Source of the DNA: an uncultured virus (IMG/VR IMGVR_UViG_3300018048_001965)
Taxonomy: Duplodnaviria; Heunggongvirae; Uroviricota; Caudoviricetes
Virus record (IMG/VR): IMGVR_UViG_3300018048_001965
Direction: 5' to 3' (one strand)
Length of the DNA: 64,000 nucleotides
Each line of letters starts with the position of its first letter. Positions within the stretch are counted from its first letter, which is position 1. Both the position numbers and the translations under genes were made by a program. Shown here in pieces: positions 39,241-49,041 of the stretch. The notes below the pieces were generated by a model. It made no database searches. It had not been told where the DNA came from and saw only the letters and a list, made by a program, of their open reading frames with translations.

Positions 39241-40419
39241 TTAATACAATTTTAGTAAATCAGGTTTTGACTTATCGTATTCGATGTAAGGTTTATAATT
39301 ATATCTAGCAGGAACTTTATCTGGAAGTTCTAAACCTTTGTTAGTTGCAGTATCTCTACGTATTATTTGATGTAGGAAATTTGTTATACCATCATGTGGA
39401 ACAAAATAATTCCAAGGCCCTGTGCGTAATTCTTCCATATCTATATTAGTTTCGTCACACCATTGTATTAGTCTTACTATTTTTCCTTCAATGTCTACCA
39501 TCATATGGTAGATATTGTTATCTGCAGGGTTTATATCAATAAAGCTTTTATTGTTTTTTTCGCACCATTCCTTAGCAGCATAATATAAGGTGCTTAGTCT
39601 ATAAACATTCTGTGTTGCATTTCTGCCTATTTCGCTTCCTAAGCGCACTCTGAAAGTGTGGGGATGCCACGGTGAATTAATAATTTCTTGTAGGATATCA
39701 GGTAATTCGTTCATTTCTATCATTGTATAACTAATGTACCCCATATCTAAATCTTGTTCAAAGATATTGTTAATTGCAGTTTCTTGTTTATTTCTAATTA
39801 CTTTATGATTATGGTATGAAGGATGATTTAATCCTACGTTTACAGAAACTAATCCTGCTGCTTTTGATTCTTTAAGCCATCTTGTATTATTAAATCGAAT
39901 GCCATTGGTCATTACAGCCGGATGCAGAGTTTCGTGTATTTCGCTTACTTCTGCACACAGTTGTGGAAAGTCTGGACGTAAAGTAGGTTCAGCTCCTGCT
40001 AATATAATTCTATGTATACCGTCTCCTGGTTTATCTATGGGAAATGTTTTAATTGTATCTATTAATATTTGTCTATTTACATCTGCTGAATCGTTATCAG
40101 GCAAATGATAGCAATGGGGACAATCTAAATTACATCTGTCTGTTGTTTCTATTAATAAACCTCCAGACATATTAAAACTAGGATCTTCCATAGATTTCAT
40201 CAAACCATAATAAAATTCTGCACTAGTTTCTATTATATATTTTTGAACCCCATGTTCATTACAATATTTAACTAGATAAATCATTCCGTCTTCTTCCATC
40301 CTATAGGCAGGAATATGACTATGGCAATGATGACAAAGTGAAACTGTAGGATCTAATATTTTTCTGTTACCAATGTACTTAAAGATTTGATCAATGGCTT
40401 GTTCTGTAAATTGTGTCAA
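39241..40419 (-). CDS. Radical SAM protein with N-terminal CxxC...CxxH metal site (MJ0619/Tes-like N-terminus)
   Basis: SLCHHC...KYCNEHG, RCNLDCPHC, GAEPT, TNG. Confidence 0.85.
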   Translation of the reverse strand: MTQFTEQAIDQIFKYIGNRKILDPTVSLCHHCHSHIPAYRMEEDGMIYLVKYCNEHGVQKYIIETSAEFYYGLMKSMEDPSFNMSGGLLIETTDRCNLDCPHCYHLPDNDSADVNRQILIDTIKTFPIDKPGDGIHRIILAGAEPTLRPDFPQLCAEVSEIHETLHPAVMTNGIRFNNTRWLKESKAAGLVSVNVGLNHPSYHNHKVIRNKQETAINNIFEQDLDMGYISYTMIEMNELPDILQEIINSPWHPHTFRVRLGSEIGRNATQNVYRLSTLYYAAKEWCEKNNKSFIDINPADNNIYHMMVDIEGKIVRLIQWCDETNIDMEELRTGPWNYFVPHDGITNFLHQIIRRDTATNKGLELPDKVPARYNYKPYIEYDKSKPDLLKLY

Positions 40420-42338
40420 TGAAAACTACCTTCCTCTACCTTACTGTCTACTAAACTTACTGGCTGTAATGATTTTTCTTGTTCTTTAGTAATCTCACTT
40501 GTACTTATGTGTTTATAGGGATTGGTGGTATTATATAGATCGGTCTTATGTAAAAACTTTTTATACATTTGATCTGTTTGATGGCTTACTTTTGATCTAT
40601 CTCTAACTTCGTATACGCAATCATATTCGGTCCATCTATCAATATCAACGGTACTATTTACAAAGTACGGATACTCTTTATTTTCGTCTTTCATAAATGC
40701 ATATTGTAAATCTTCTATACACTTAGGTAACTGAATTAATTTATTTGCAATCTTAATTACTAAATTAATCACATAATCTTTATGAGCAAAGAACTCTTGA
40801 GTACCATAACTTTCTGGTAACGTAAGGGCTACAATATTTCCCCACTTACTCTCTGGAGGAATTTCTCCGTTTACTAGATATGCAAGCATTATTTCTTCCA
40901 CATCTTTTTGTAAACCTCCGATCCATTCGTCTGATTTTATTTCTTCGTACATAAAATCGTAAAATTCTCTATAAGAAACACCTGCAATATTGTTAAGATA
41001 TTGTGCAACTATTTGACTATATCCTGCATAATGAAATTGAGTTAAAACCCAACTAAAACTTAAACAATCTGCAAGATCTTGTGAAGATGCTGTATTAGTA
41101 GCACTAACCATTGCAATTACTTCTTCACTACCGTCTTCTTCGTCCCAAATCCTTTCTTCAGGACGTCTATATAGGTCTTTAGGATGTATAAGCTTTATTC
41201 CGTATTTTTCTTGATATGCAGGGTCATCCATTTCGCTATTAGGTATAACAGTTGCTAGATATGTTTTTACACTGTTATGTTGTCCTAACTCTAAAAGTTT
41301 CATAAGACCATTAATATATGTATCTTTAGTTTCATAGGGTAATCCTAGAACTAGTTCGGTATAATGACGTATTCCGTGTTTATTACATTCAGCATAGGTT
41401 TTTTCGATATTATTTAGACCCATATTAAATCTTTTAACAGCCTTTAGTGTGTCAACGTTTAAACTTTGTATAGCAACTTCTAAACCATAAGTCCATTCTT
41501 GAATTATTTTTTCCATTTCAAAACACGCTGGATTAAGATTTTTTGCATGGTTAAATGTTACACGTCGAATGTTACTTCTTGGATCTAATATTGCTTTACG
41601 TATTAGATGTGCTATCTCTACATCACGTTCTCGTAATATACCGCTATTTGCATCAATAGGAAAGATCCAATGTATATTATGAGTTATTGCCCATTCTATA
41701 TCTGCTTGTACTCTTTCAAAGGCAAAAGTTTTTAATTTATTTAAATAAGATGCACCCCATCCGCAGAACGTACAATGATAAGGACATCCTCTATTTGTTT
41801 CTAACATCATAAACCAAAACACGCCAGGATTGTCAGCAATTATTTTATCAAAAAATCCAGTAACATACGGACTAGGATAATCTTCAATTTCTTTTTGTCT
41901 CGGATTATTCCAATATCTATCTAGAGATTCGTTGTTTAAAATTTTATGTAACAACTCTGCCCATTTTTCTTCGCCCTCACCGAACATTGCTACATCGATA
42001 AATTCGTGTTTTGTCCAATTTTCGTTTACACTTGGACCACCAAATACAATGATACATTCGGGCCAGCGTTCTTTAATTCTTTTAGCACAAGTAAGATTCC
42101 AATTTTCATTCCATACATAACAACTAAAAGCACACACTACCGGATCTTCTATTCTATCCAGTACGTCTTTTTGTCGCTCACGTTTCCATATTACATCTTT
42201 TAACTCGTAATTATTCTGTATATCTTCAAATTGATTACAATACGCCCAAATACATCCTACACTATACGGTAAATAATGTTCGGGTCGTGTGCCTGAAGAT
42301 ATTTCTGGTTGAAATAGATAAACATTTTTTTTAATCAA
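40416..42338 (-). CDS. Cobalamin-binding radical SAM enzyme
   Basis: LPYSVG, FSCYVWN, IVFGGP, GEGE, ETNRGCPYHCTFC, LGLPYET. TTG start. Confidence 0.88.
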   Translation of the reverse strand: MIKKNVYLFQPEISSGTRPEHYLPYSVGCIWAYCNQFEDIQNNYELKDVIWKRERQKDVLDRIEDPVVCAFSCYVWNENWNLTCAKRIKERWPECIIVFGGPSVNENWTKHEFIDVAMFGEGEEKWAELLHKILNNESLDRYWNNPRQKEIEDYPSPYVTGFFDKIIADNPGVFWFMMLETNRGCPYHCTFCGWGASYLNKLKTFAFERVQADIEWAITHNIHWIFPIDANSGILRERDVEIAHLIRKAILDPRSNIRRVTFNHAKNLNPACFEMEKIIQEWTYGLEVAIQSLNVDTLKAVKRFNMGLNNIEKTYAECNKHGIRHYTELVLGLPYETKDTYINGLMKLLELGQHNSVKTYLATVIPNSEMDDPAYQEKYGIKLIHPKDLYRRPEERIWDEEDGSEEVIAMVSATNTASSQDLADCLSFSWVLTQFHYAGYSQIVAQYLNNIAGVSYREFYDFMYEEIKSDEWIGGLQKDVEEIMLAYLVNGEIPPESKWGNIVALTLPESYGTQEFFAHKDYVINLVIKIANKLIQLPKCIEDLQYAFMKDENKEYPYFVNSTVDIDRWTEYDCVYEVRDRSKVSHQTDQMYKKFLHKTDLYNTTNPYKHISTSEITKEQEKSLQPVSLVDSKVEEGSFH

Positions 42339-42341
42339 CAG

Positions 42342-42357
42342 TATTTAGTGTTAAATA
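42342..42357. promoter_or_regulatory. Back-to-back divergent TAAATA late-promoter cores (TATTTA-gtgt-TAAATA)
   Basis: Located between divergent genes. The same 4-nt spacing occurs at 57051-57066. Confidence 0.6.
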
Positions 42358-42374
42358 CGTTGGAGATATTATAT

Positions 42375-43586
42375 ATGACCCCAAAAATATTTTTTCCCTT
42401 TACAGAAAATAACAATAATTCTGACTATAATATTGTTTCGAGATATACAAAGTTTGGTTATATTAAAGACGGAAAGGACTTCTTAGACACAAGTCTTGGT
42501 AGTTGTGGTAGTTTTATGTTAGGATTTGATAGAACTGACATTATTGATTATGTATCCAACCGTTCAAAAGAAATACCATTTGTAAGTGGGGAATACCTAA
42601 GTACAACTGATGCAGTGTTAGAACTTTCACAAAAGTTATACGATATGACAGATGGATATTACAGTTTTTATAGTTTATCAGGTAGTGATGCAGTTGAGGG
42701 TGCTGTAAAATTAGCAGCATTATATCATCAATGTAACGGTAATATGCAAAAAAATAAGATTATCGGAGTAACAGAAAGTTATCATGGTAGCACTTATCTT
42801 AGTTCTAGTATAAGTGGCGGTAGTTTTATGACTCGCACACTAGGACGCAATCAATTTTGTAAAAGTGTATATAGAGATGATAATGAAAACATTTTATTTA
42901 ATAATTTACAAAATGCATTAGATGCAGATGACATAAGTTGTGTTGTTATGGAAAGTTGTAGTTGGCTTGGAGGTGTAACACCATACAGTGACAACTTTTG
43001 GAAATCTCTTAAATTGTTATGTAAGTCAAAAGATATTTTGTTAATTATTGATGATATTGCTATGTGTGCTGGAAAATTAGGAAAACTAAAAGGATTTAAT
43101 GTAGACCCTGATATATTTGTAATGGGGAAAAGTTTGAGTGGTGGTTACTTTCCTCTTAGTTCGTGTTTAATGACTAAAGAAGTTTTTAATACAGTAAAAG
43201 ATGAATTTTGGAGTCATGGCTTCACATATAGTTTTAGTTTAACTGGTATATATAGCACATTAAAATATTTAGAAATTATCGAAAAAGAAAATATATTTGA
43301 AAACTATAAGTATTTAAAACCAAAAAGCAATCTTATGTTTAGTCAACTAGTAGAAGACGGTATTGTTGAAAGTTATACTTCGTACGGTTTATATTATAAC
43401 TTAAAATTTTTTCCTGTAGATAACATACCGTTAGCACAAAAAAAATTCTTTGAAAACGGTTTAAATGTAGGTATACAAAACTACGAATGGAAAGGTTTAC
43501 GTGTTGTAATTCCATTGACCGCAGACAATGAATATTTTAATCAATTAGATACTAGATTACGCAACGCTTTAGACCACTACGTTTAA
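42375..43586 (+). CDS. Class III PLP-dependent aminotransferase
   Basis: SGSDAVEGAVK, SYHGST, LIIDDI..G, PDIFVMGKSLSGGYFPLS, HGFTYS. The GGAG SD supports ATG 42375. Confidence 0.9.
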   Translation: MTPKIFFPFTENNNNSDYNIVSRYTKFGYIKDGKDFLDTSLGSCGSFMLGFDRTDIIDYVSNRSKEIPFVSGEYLSTTDAVLELSQKLYDMTDGYYSFYSLSGSDAVEGAVKLAALYHQCNGNMQKNKIIGVTESYHGSTYLSSSISGGSFMTRTLGRNQFCKSVYRDDNENILFNNLQNALDADDISCVVMESCSWLGGVTPYSDNFWKSLKLLCKSKDILLIIDDIAMCAGKLGKLKGFNVDPDIFVMGKSLSGGYFPLSSCLMTKEVFNTVKDEFWSHGFTYSFSLTGIYSTLKYLEIIEKENIFENYKYLKPKSNLMFSQLVEDGIVESYTSYGLYYNLKFFPVDNIPLAQKKFFENGLNVGIQNYEWKGLRVVIPLTADNEYFNQLDTRLRNALDHYV

Positions 43587-44622
43587 TATCTAATGTCATA
43601 CAATGTATTCCTCCTGCCCAAAACATTCCGTGACGTAGTTTACTTACGTGACAGTTAATATTATATTCTCCTAATTTAGCAAACACTTCTGGCTGTTCGG
43701 TTGCAAATATAATATTATTTGGATCTACTACTAAAACATTTGCTTCAAACGCTACTTCTTGACAATATCCTGTCCATTGATCAAACCAATCTTCTAACCA
43801 ATTATAAGAAAACGGATCTACTTTATTGTTAGTTTCTTCTATAAAATTTTTATAATCGAATCTTTCAAATAATCCATCTAGTAATATTAATTCTTTATTA
43901 CGTAGGCATTGCGGAACCCAATGTTCGTCCATACATATTACAGTGTTATCGTTAGGCATGTAAAATCCGTGATCTATATGACCCCAACTATCGACATATG
44001 TATCTTCATTGTGTATAAATTCAGCATCAACGTTACGTTTTATCCATTCTAACCCTAACTGAGTGCCCGGACCTTGATTATTTACAATAATATCTTTGCC
44101 TGCTTTAAACATTGTAGCAGTATGCCATAATAATGTGTAGTTTAAACGATTATGGTAAATGTCCTGCCCGTCTAGATACCATTTTTCGTTATTATTTAGA
44201 TTGTTTAAAATCGGCGGCGGAAGACTTAACCAATTATGCCCTTGCTTAAACAAATCTTTAAATAGGCTATAGTAATTAAATCCGTCAAAGTACCTATCTG
44301 GTAAACTAGTGTATGTTTGATATATAGTTTTATCGTATACAAAATATTGATCTCTCGGGACAATAGGATTAGTTGCGTTTAAAATACTAAAATTATGTAA
44401 ATTAGACTTTTGTGGAAATATTTTAGGTGTTGGTCTCAAAACTTTTGTGTTAAATGATGAAATTAGTGCTGCTAAATTGTCTAAGTCTTCTTTTGTTTCT
44501 TTTAATATTTTTTCTAATAATGGTTTTGCCTTAGGATCGATACTCCAAGTGTCTGGCACTTCAGTTAGACAATTTCCAACAATACATAATTCTAAAGGAT
44601 CCCAGTTTGTATATATACTCAT
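43552..44622 (-). CDS. Amidinotransferase (glycine/inosamine-phosphate amidinotransferase family)
   Basis: WDPL...VG, PRD, HID, and GGIHCMTLD with the catalytic Cys. Confidence 0.85.
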   Translation of the reverse strand: MSIYTNWDPLELCIVGNCLTEVPDTWSIDPKAKPLLEKILKETKEDLDNLAALISSFNTKVLRPTPKIFPQKSNLHNFSILNATNPIVPRDQYFVYDKTIYQTYTSLPDRYFDGFNYYSLFKDLFKQGHNWLSLPPPILNNLNNNEKWYLDGQDIYHNRLNYTLLWHTATMFKAGKDIIVNNQGPGTQLGLEWIKRNVDAEFIHNEDTYVDSWGHIDHGFYMPNDNTVICMDEHWVPQCLRNKELILLDGLFERFDYKNFIEETNNKVDPFSYNWLEDWFDQWTGYCQEVAFEANVLVVDPNNIIFATEQPEVFAKLGEYNINCHVSKLRHGMFWAGGIHCMTLDIKRSGLKRCVI

Positions 44623-46073
44623 AATTCTATTTTCTTTTTAATATAGCGTTGTAAAAAATCTTCCAGTTCTTTGTTAGGCCATTGATTATAATGTTTTTGT
44701 TTTTTTTGAAGATCTTTAAAACTTAAATTCATTAATCCATGATCTCCCCAGTGCCAAACACTAACGCCCATATCAACTTTATACTGTTTATATATTGTAT
44801 TACAACTTTTTACTGCCCAGTCAAGATCCATGTAATCATTTTCCCAATCTAATAATTCGTCAGCATATTTTAGAGAACTCACAGCATGTAAAGATTCAGA
44901 AGGTGTTTTTCTTCTTCTGTATCCTAATGCTTTCCAATTATTACTTATAAAACTTAATTTTGAATCCATACTACTTAACGGTATTTCTAATGCATAAGTA
45001 GCACTTATGTCTCCTTTAGATGTCCAATTTTTCATAAGCCATTCAATGCCACTTTCCCAAGTTTCTTTAGTTTCAAACGGTAATCCACACACCATATTAA
45101 TATTGCCTCGATATGGTTCTATTGCATCAAACCATTCTCGTATTTCGAGTAAGCCTTCTTTTACTTTTAATGGATCCATTCCTTTCCCTACACTAGAGCC
45201 AGTTTTTTTATTAAACGTTTCTATACCATACATATGCCCAAATACACCTAACCGAGACAATGGATCCCATGTATCTTTATTAGCAATTAATAAATCTGCT
45301 CTCATAAATCCGTGCATTCTTAATTTAAAATTTAATGTATCAGCTACATTTGCATATTTTTCTATCATAGATTTATCTTGATTTAATGTTTCGTCTGCTG
45401 TATAATAATTTGTCACACCAAATTTATCATAAGCATCTCTAACAGTGTACTCAAAGTCAGAAGCAGCAGTTGAGTGATCGTCTTTTACGCCTAATATAGG
45501 ATAATTGCAAAATTTGCAGGAAAATTTACAACCTCTTGTAAATTCTATGGTAAGCCACTCCCAAGGTTCTATAAGATCTCTATGTTCGTATATAACACCT
45601 AGTTCGTTCATCGGAAATGCAGGGTAAGTGTCATTAGCAAGAATAATTTTTTTATTTTCCCATCTTGTGTCAAACTTGATAGTTCCGTTGTTTTGAAAAT
45701 AATTAGCTAATTGTATTATTGCTTTTTCTGCATAACCTACAGTATAATAATCTATTGATTCGTTATTAAATTTAGGATATGTATGACTGCCGTAAATAAT
45801 TTTTATTTCTGGATAATAATCTTTGATCCAATGTGATAACATATCTATATTCTCTGGCCAGTTACCAAACCAACACCCAAATCCTATAAACTTTGTTTTT
45901 TTATGTATTCGTGATTTAATAAAATTTTTTAGTTGTTCTAAAGTCCAAAAACTAGCAAAGTCTACAACTTCTATATCCCATCCATTATTCCTAAGGTAAT
46001 GTGCAATACGATGCGGTCCTAGGAATCGATGGGGCATCATATCGTGTACACCGAATATTAATGCATGGTCCAT
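44619..46073 (-). CDS. Cobalamin-binding-type radical SAM enzyme (tandem paralog 3)
   Basis: LGPHRIA, EFTRGCKFSCKFCNYP, ADET, RADL, GIETF, GLPFET. Confidence 0.85.
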   Translation of the reverse strand: MDHALIFGVHDMMPHRFLGPHRIAHYLRNNGWDIEVVDFASFWTLEQLKNFIKSRIHKKTKFIGFGCWFGNWPENIDMLSHWIKDYYPEIKIIYGSHTYPKFNNESIDYYTVGYAEKAIIQLANYFQNNGTIKFDTRWENKKIILANDTYPAFPMNELGVIYEHRDLIEPWEWLTIEFTRGCKFSCKFCNYPILGVKDDHSTAASDFEYTVRDAYDKFGVTNYYTADETLNQDKSMIEKYANVADTLNFKLRMHGFMRADLLIANKDTWDPLSRLGVFGHMYGIETFNKKTGSSVGKGMDPLKVKEGLLEIREWFDAIEPYRGNINMVCGLPFETKETWESGIEWLMKNWTSKGDISATYALEIPLSSMDSKLSFISNNWKALGYRRRKTPSESLHAVSSLKYADELLDWENDYMDLDWAVKSCNTIYKQYKVDMGVSVWHWGDHGLMNLSFKDLQKKQKHYNQWPNKELEDFLQRYIKKKIEL

Positions 46074-47554
46074 TATGTTCCCCAGGCTATTTTTTTCTTT
46101 TTATATCTTTCGTAAAATGCATCAACAACACCGTTTTGGTTATGGTGTAAATCTGATTTTATTATTTTAGATATAGCCCTATTATCATTTTTCAAAAGTA
46201 AACTATAATCGCTAAAGTGCCAAGAACCTACACCGTTTGTGGGGTTTAAAACACGGTATGCTTCCCCCATTGCCCATATAGCCCATTCTATATCCATATA
46301 ATCATTTTCCCAGTCTAACAAGTCTTCAGTAAACATACCACCGCCCATAGTCAGTAACTTCTTTTGTTCAGTTCCGCTTTGTAACTTTGTCTTTCTATCT
46401 CGGTAACCCATATCCTTCCAACTTCGTGTAAATAAACTCGGCTTTGCATCACCAGTAGGTAAAGGAATTTCTAGTCTGTTAAATGCAGAGAATTCACCTG
46501 CCCAATTCTCTTTTAACCAGTCTACACCTTTCCAAAAAGTTTCTTTAGATTCATACGGTAGTCCAACAATCATACTAATATGACCTCTATAAATACTATT
46601 AGCCCTAAAATAATCTTTAATTTTTATTAAGCCTTCTTGTAATTTTTCAGTTTTCATTCCTTTACCTATAGTAGCACCTGACTTTCGATTAAAAGTTTCT
46701 ATGCCATAATGATGACCGGTAATTCCAGTATCAACCATCATTTGCCAAGTATCGGGTTGTGCAATCATTAAATCAGCTCGCATAAATCCATGTGCTTGTA
46801 ATTTAAAATCCCAAGTGTTTGCAACATTTGCAAACTTTCTCATCATTTCTTTATCTTGATTTATTGTTTCGTCAGCAATGTAATAATTCGTAATGCCAAA
46901 TCTATTATAAGCATCTTCAATTTGTTTTCTAAAATTTTCTGCACTTATACTATGATCTTCTTTAATACCTAGAATGGGAAAATTACAGAATTGACATTTA
47001 AATTTACAACCTCTTGACAACTCTATAGTAAGCCATTCCCATTCCTCTAAAAAGTCTCTATCTTCGTAGTATGCTGCATACGTCTTCCTAGGCCATGCAG
47101 GATAGTCTTCATTAGCGTCAATAACTTCTTTGCCTTTCCATCTAGGAGAAAATTTTAAATTACATGGTTTTCCTAAAATGTCCTTTACAATTTCTAATAT
47201 AGACTCTTCGCCGTATCCTACACTATAATAATCTATAGGTGATTCTCTTGTGTGAGGAGAAGACATACTACCATATACTAAAGGAATGTGCGGGTAAGTT
47301 TCTTTAAGCCATACTGTAAATGTTACTATTTCATCGGGCCATGTTCCGAACCATGCTCCGAAACCAAAAAACTTTATGTTTTCGTCCATTCTATTTTCAA
47401 CTAAACTTTTTAGTTCGTCTAAAGTAAAATAGTAAGAATAATCTACAACTTCTGCATCCCATCCTTCTTGTCTTAGAAATGTACATATTCTATGAGGACC
47501 TAAAGGACGATGTGTTCCGGCACGATGAACGCTAAAAATTATACATTTATTCAT
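46073..47554 (-). CDS. Cobalamin-binding-type radical SAM enzyme (tandem paralog 2)
   Basis: LGPHRIC, ELSRGCKFKCQFCNFP, ADET, RADL, GLPYES. Confidence 0.85.
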   Translation of the reverse strand: MNKCIIFSVHRAGTHRPLGPHRICTFLRQEGWDAEVVDYSYYFTLDELKSLVENRMDENIKFFGFGAWFGTWPDEIVTFTVWLKETYPHIPLVYGSMSSPHTRESPIDYYSVGYGEESILEIVKDILGKPCNLKFSPRWKGKEVIDANEDYPAWPRKTYAAYYEDRDFLEEWEWLTIELSRGCKFKCQFCNFPILGIKEDHSISAENFRKQIEDAYNRFGITNYYIADETINQDKEMMRKFANVANTWDFKLQAHGFMRADLMIAQPDTWQMMVDTGITGHHYGIETFNRKSGATIGKGMKTEKLQEGLIKIKDYFRANSIYRGHISMIVGLPYESKETFWKGVDWLKENWAGEFSAFNRLEIPLPTGDAKPSLFTRSWKDMGYRDRKTKLQSGTEQKKLLTMGGGMFTEDLLDWENDYMDIEWAIWAMGEAYRVLNPTNGVGSWHFSDYSLLLKNDNRAISKIIKSDLHHNQNGVVDAFYERYKKKKIAWGT

Positions 47555-48987
47555 AAGTTTATTTTATTCCGTTTATATCTTTCGTAAAATGATTCTAATT
47601 CTCTATTCGGACTAGGGTTAGAACTTTTATTTAATTTTGATATCTTATTTAGATCATCTGTAACTAATCCGTAATCTCCGAACTGCCACATATTTATACC
47701 ATTTACTGATGAAATTCTTTTATTTGCTATACTAACAATTTCATCGGCAGTTTCTAAATTCATATAATCGTTTTCCCAATTTAGTAAAGATCGACCGTAC
47801 CCAAAGTTTTGTTCTATATTTTTATGATAAGGTACTGTTGCTTCTCTATAGCCTAATTTTTCATAGTTAAGAGATATGTACGACAATTTTACATCCTTAT
47901 CGTCAGTAGGAATATCTAAAGAAAATATAGTTGTATTTTCTCCCTTCCAATTATCGTAGCACCAATCTACTCCTGCATTAAATGAGTCTATGCTTTCATG
48001 TGGCAATCCGCATATTAAACTTATTACTCCTCGATAAGTGTCATTCGACTTAAACCATTCCCGTGCTTCTAGCAAGCCATTTTTTAATTTATCAGGATGC
48101 ATTCCTTTGCCAATACTACTACCAGATTTTTGATTAAATGTTTCAACCCCGTAGTAGTGGCCATAAAACCCTAACCTATTTAAAGGTTCCCACTGTTGCT
48201 TTTGCGCTACTAATAAATCAGCTCTTATAAATCCGTGCATTCTAGGTTTAAATTTTAGTGTATCGGCAACACTTGCAAATTTTTCTAATTTGTCTGTACT
48301 ATCATTAAAAGTTTCGTCAGCAACATAATAATTAGTTACACCAAATCTTTCGTAGGCATCCTTTAGTTGCACACCAAAGTCTTCGGCATCCCTACTATAA
48401 TCGCTTCTGACTCCTAGTATAGGAAAATTACAAAATTTACATTTAAATTTGCATCCACGAGATAGTTCTATACTTAACCACTCCCAGGATTCTATAAAAT
48501 CTCTATCTTGGTATATAACATTAAGAGACTTCATTGGGTATGATGTGTAAACATCTAATGCAGAAACAACTTTTTTATCTTTAAATCTTTCATCAAATTT
48601 TACTTCGCTATTTGATAAAAGTTTTACTATTGCATTTTCTCCGTAACCTACAACATAGTAATCTATACTATTAGAGTCAAACCAAGGATAAGAATGACTA
48701 CCCCAAATTATCTTTACATCAGGATATGTTTCCTTAATCCAGGTAGTAATAGACTCGTAAGTTTTTGTCCAAACGCCAAAAAATGCACTAAATCCGCAAA
48801 ATTTTGTTGCCGAGGTTATTCGTAAAGCACAGTATTCTTTTATTTCTTCGATGCTAAATTGCTCTACAAAATCTAAAACTTCTATATCCCATTCTTGTTC
48901 TCGCAAGAAAGAAGCAACACGATGAGGACCTAACATTCTCCTAACTGTTGGTAAACTTGTAATACTGAATAATAGACCGTGGCTCAT
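47551..48987 (-). CDS. Cobalamin-binding-type radical SAM enzyme (tandem paralog 1)
   Basis: LGPHRVA, ELSRGCKFKCKFCNFP, ADET, RADL, GLPHES. Confidence 0.85.
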   Translation of the reverse strand: MSHGLLFSITSLPTVRRMLGPHRVASFLREQEWDIEVLDFVEQFSIEEIKEYCALRITSATKFCGFSAFFGVWTKTYESITTWIKETYPDVKIIWGSHSYPWFDSNSIDYYVVGYGENAIVKLLSNSEVKFDERFKDKKVVSALDVYTSYPMKSLNVIYQDRDFIESWEWLSIELSRGCKFKCKFCNFPILGVRSDYSRDAEDFGVQLKDAYERFGVTNYYVADETFNDSTDKLEKFASVADTLKFKPRMHGFIRADLLVAQKQQWEPLNRLGFYGHYYGVETFNQKSGSSIGKGMHPDKLKNGLLEAREWFKSNDTYRGVISLICGLPHESIDSFNAGVDWCYDNWKGENTTIFSLDIPTDDKDVKLSYISLNYEKLGYREATVPYHKNIEQNFGYGRSLLNWENDYMNLETADEIVSIANKRISSVNGINMWQFGDYGLVTDDLNKISKLNKSSNPSPNRELESFYERYKRNKINL

Positions 48988-49025
48988 AAACTGCCAATCC
49001 TAGCATAGAGAGATATTTCCGTCAT
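48984..49025 (-). CDS. Possible 13-aa leader peptide MTEISLYARIGSL
   Basis: ATG lies 5 nt after the minus-strand TATAAATA. Its TGA overlaps the radical SAM start codon (ATGA). Confidence 0.3.
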   Translation of the reverse strand: MTEISLYARIGSL

Positions 49026-49041
49026 ATAAATATTTATATGA
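49022..49041. promoter_or_regulatory. Perfect 20-bp palindrome TCATATAAATATTTATATGA acting as a bidirectional late promoter
   Basis: TATAAATA on + (49025-49032) and on - (49038-49031), each followed 5 nt later by ATG. Confidence 0.7.
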
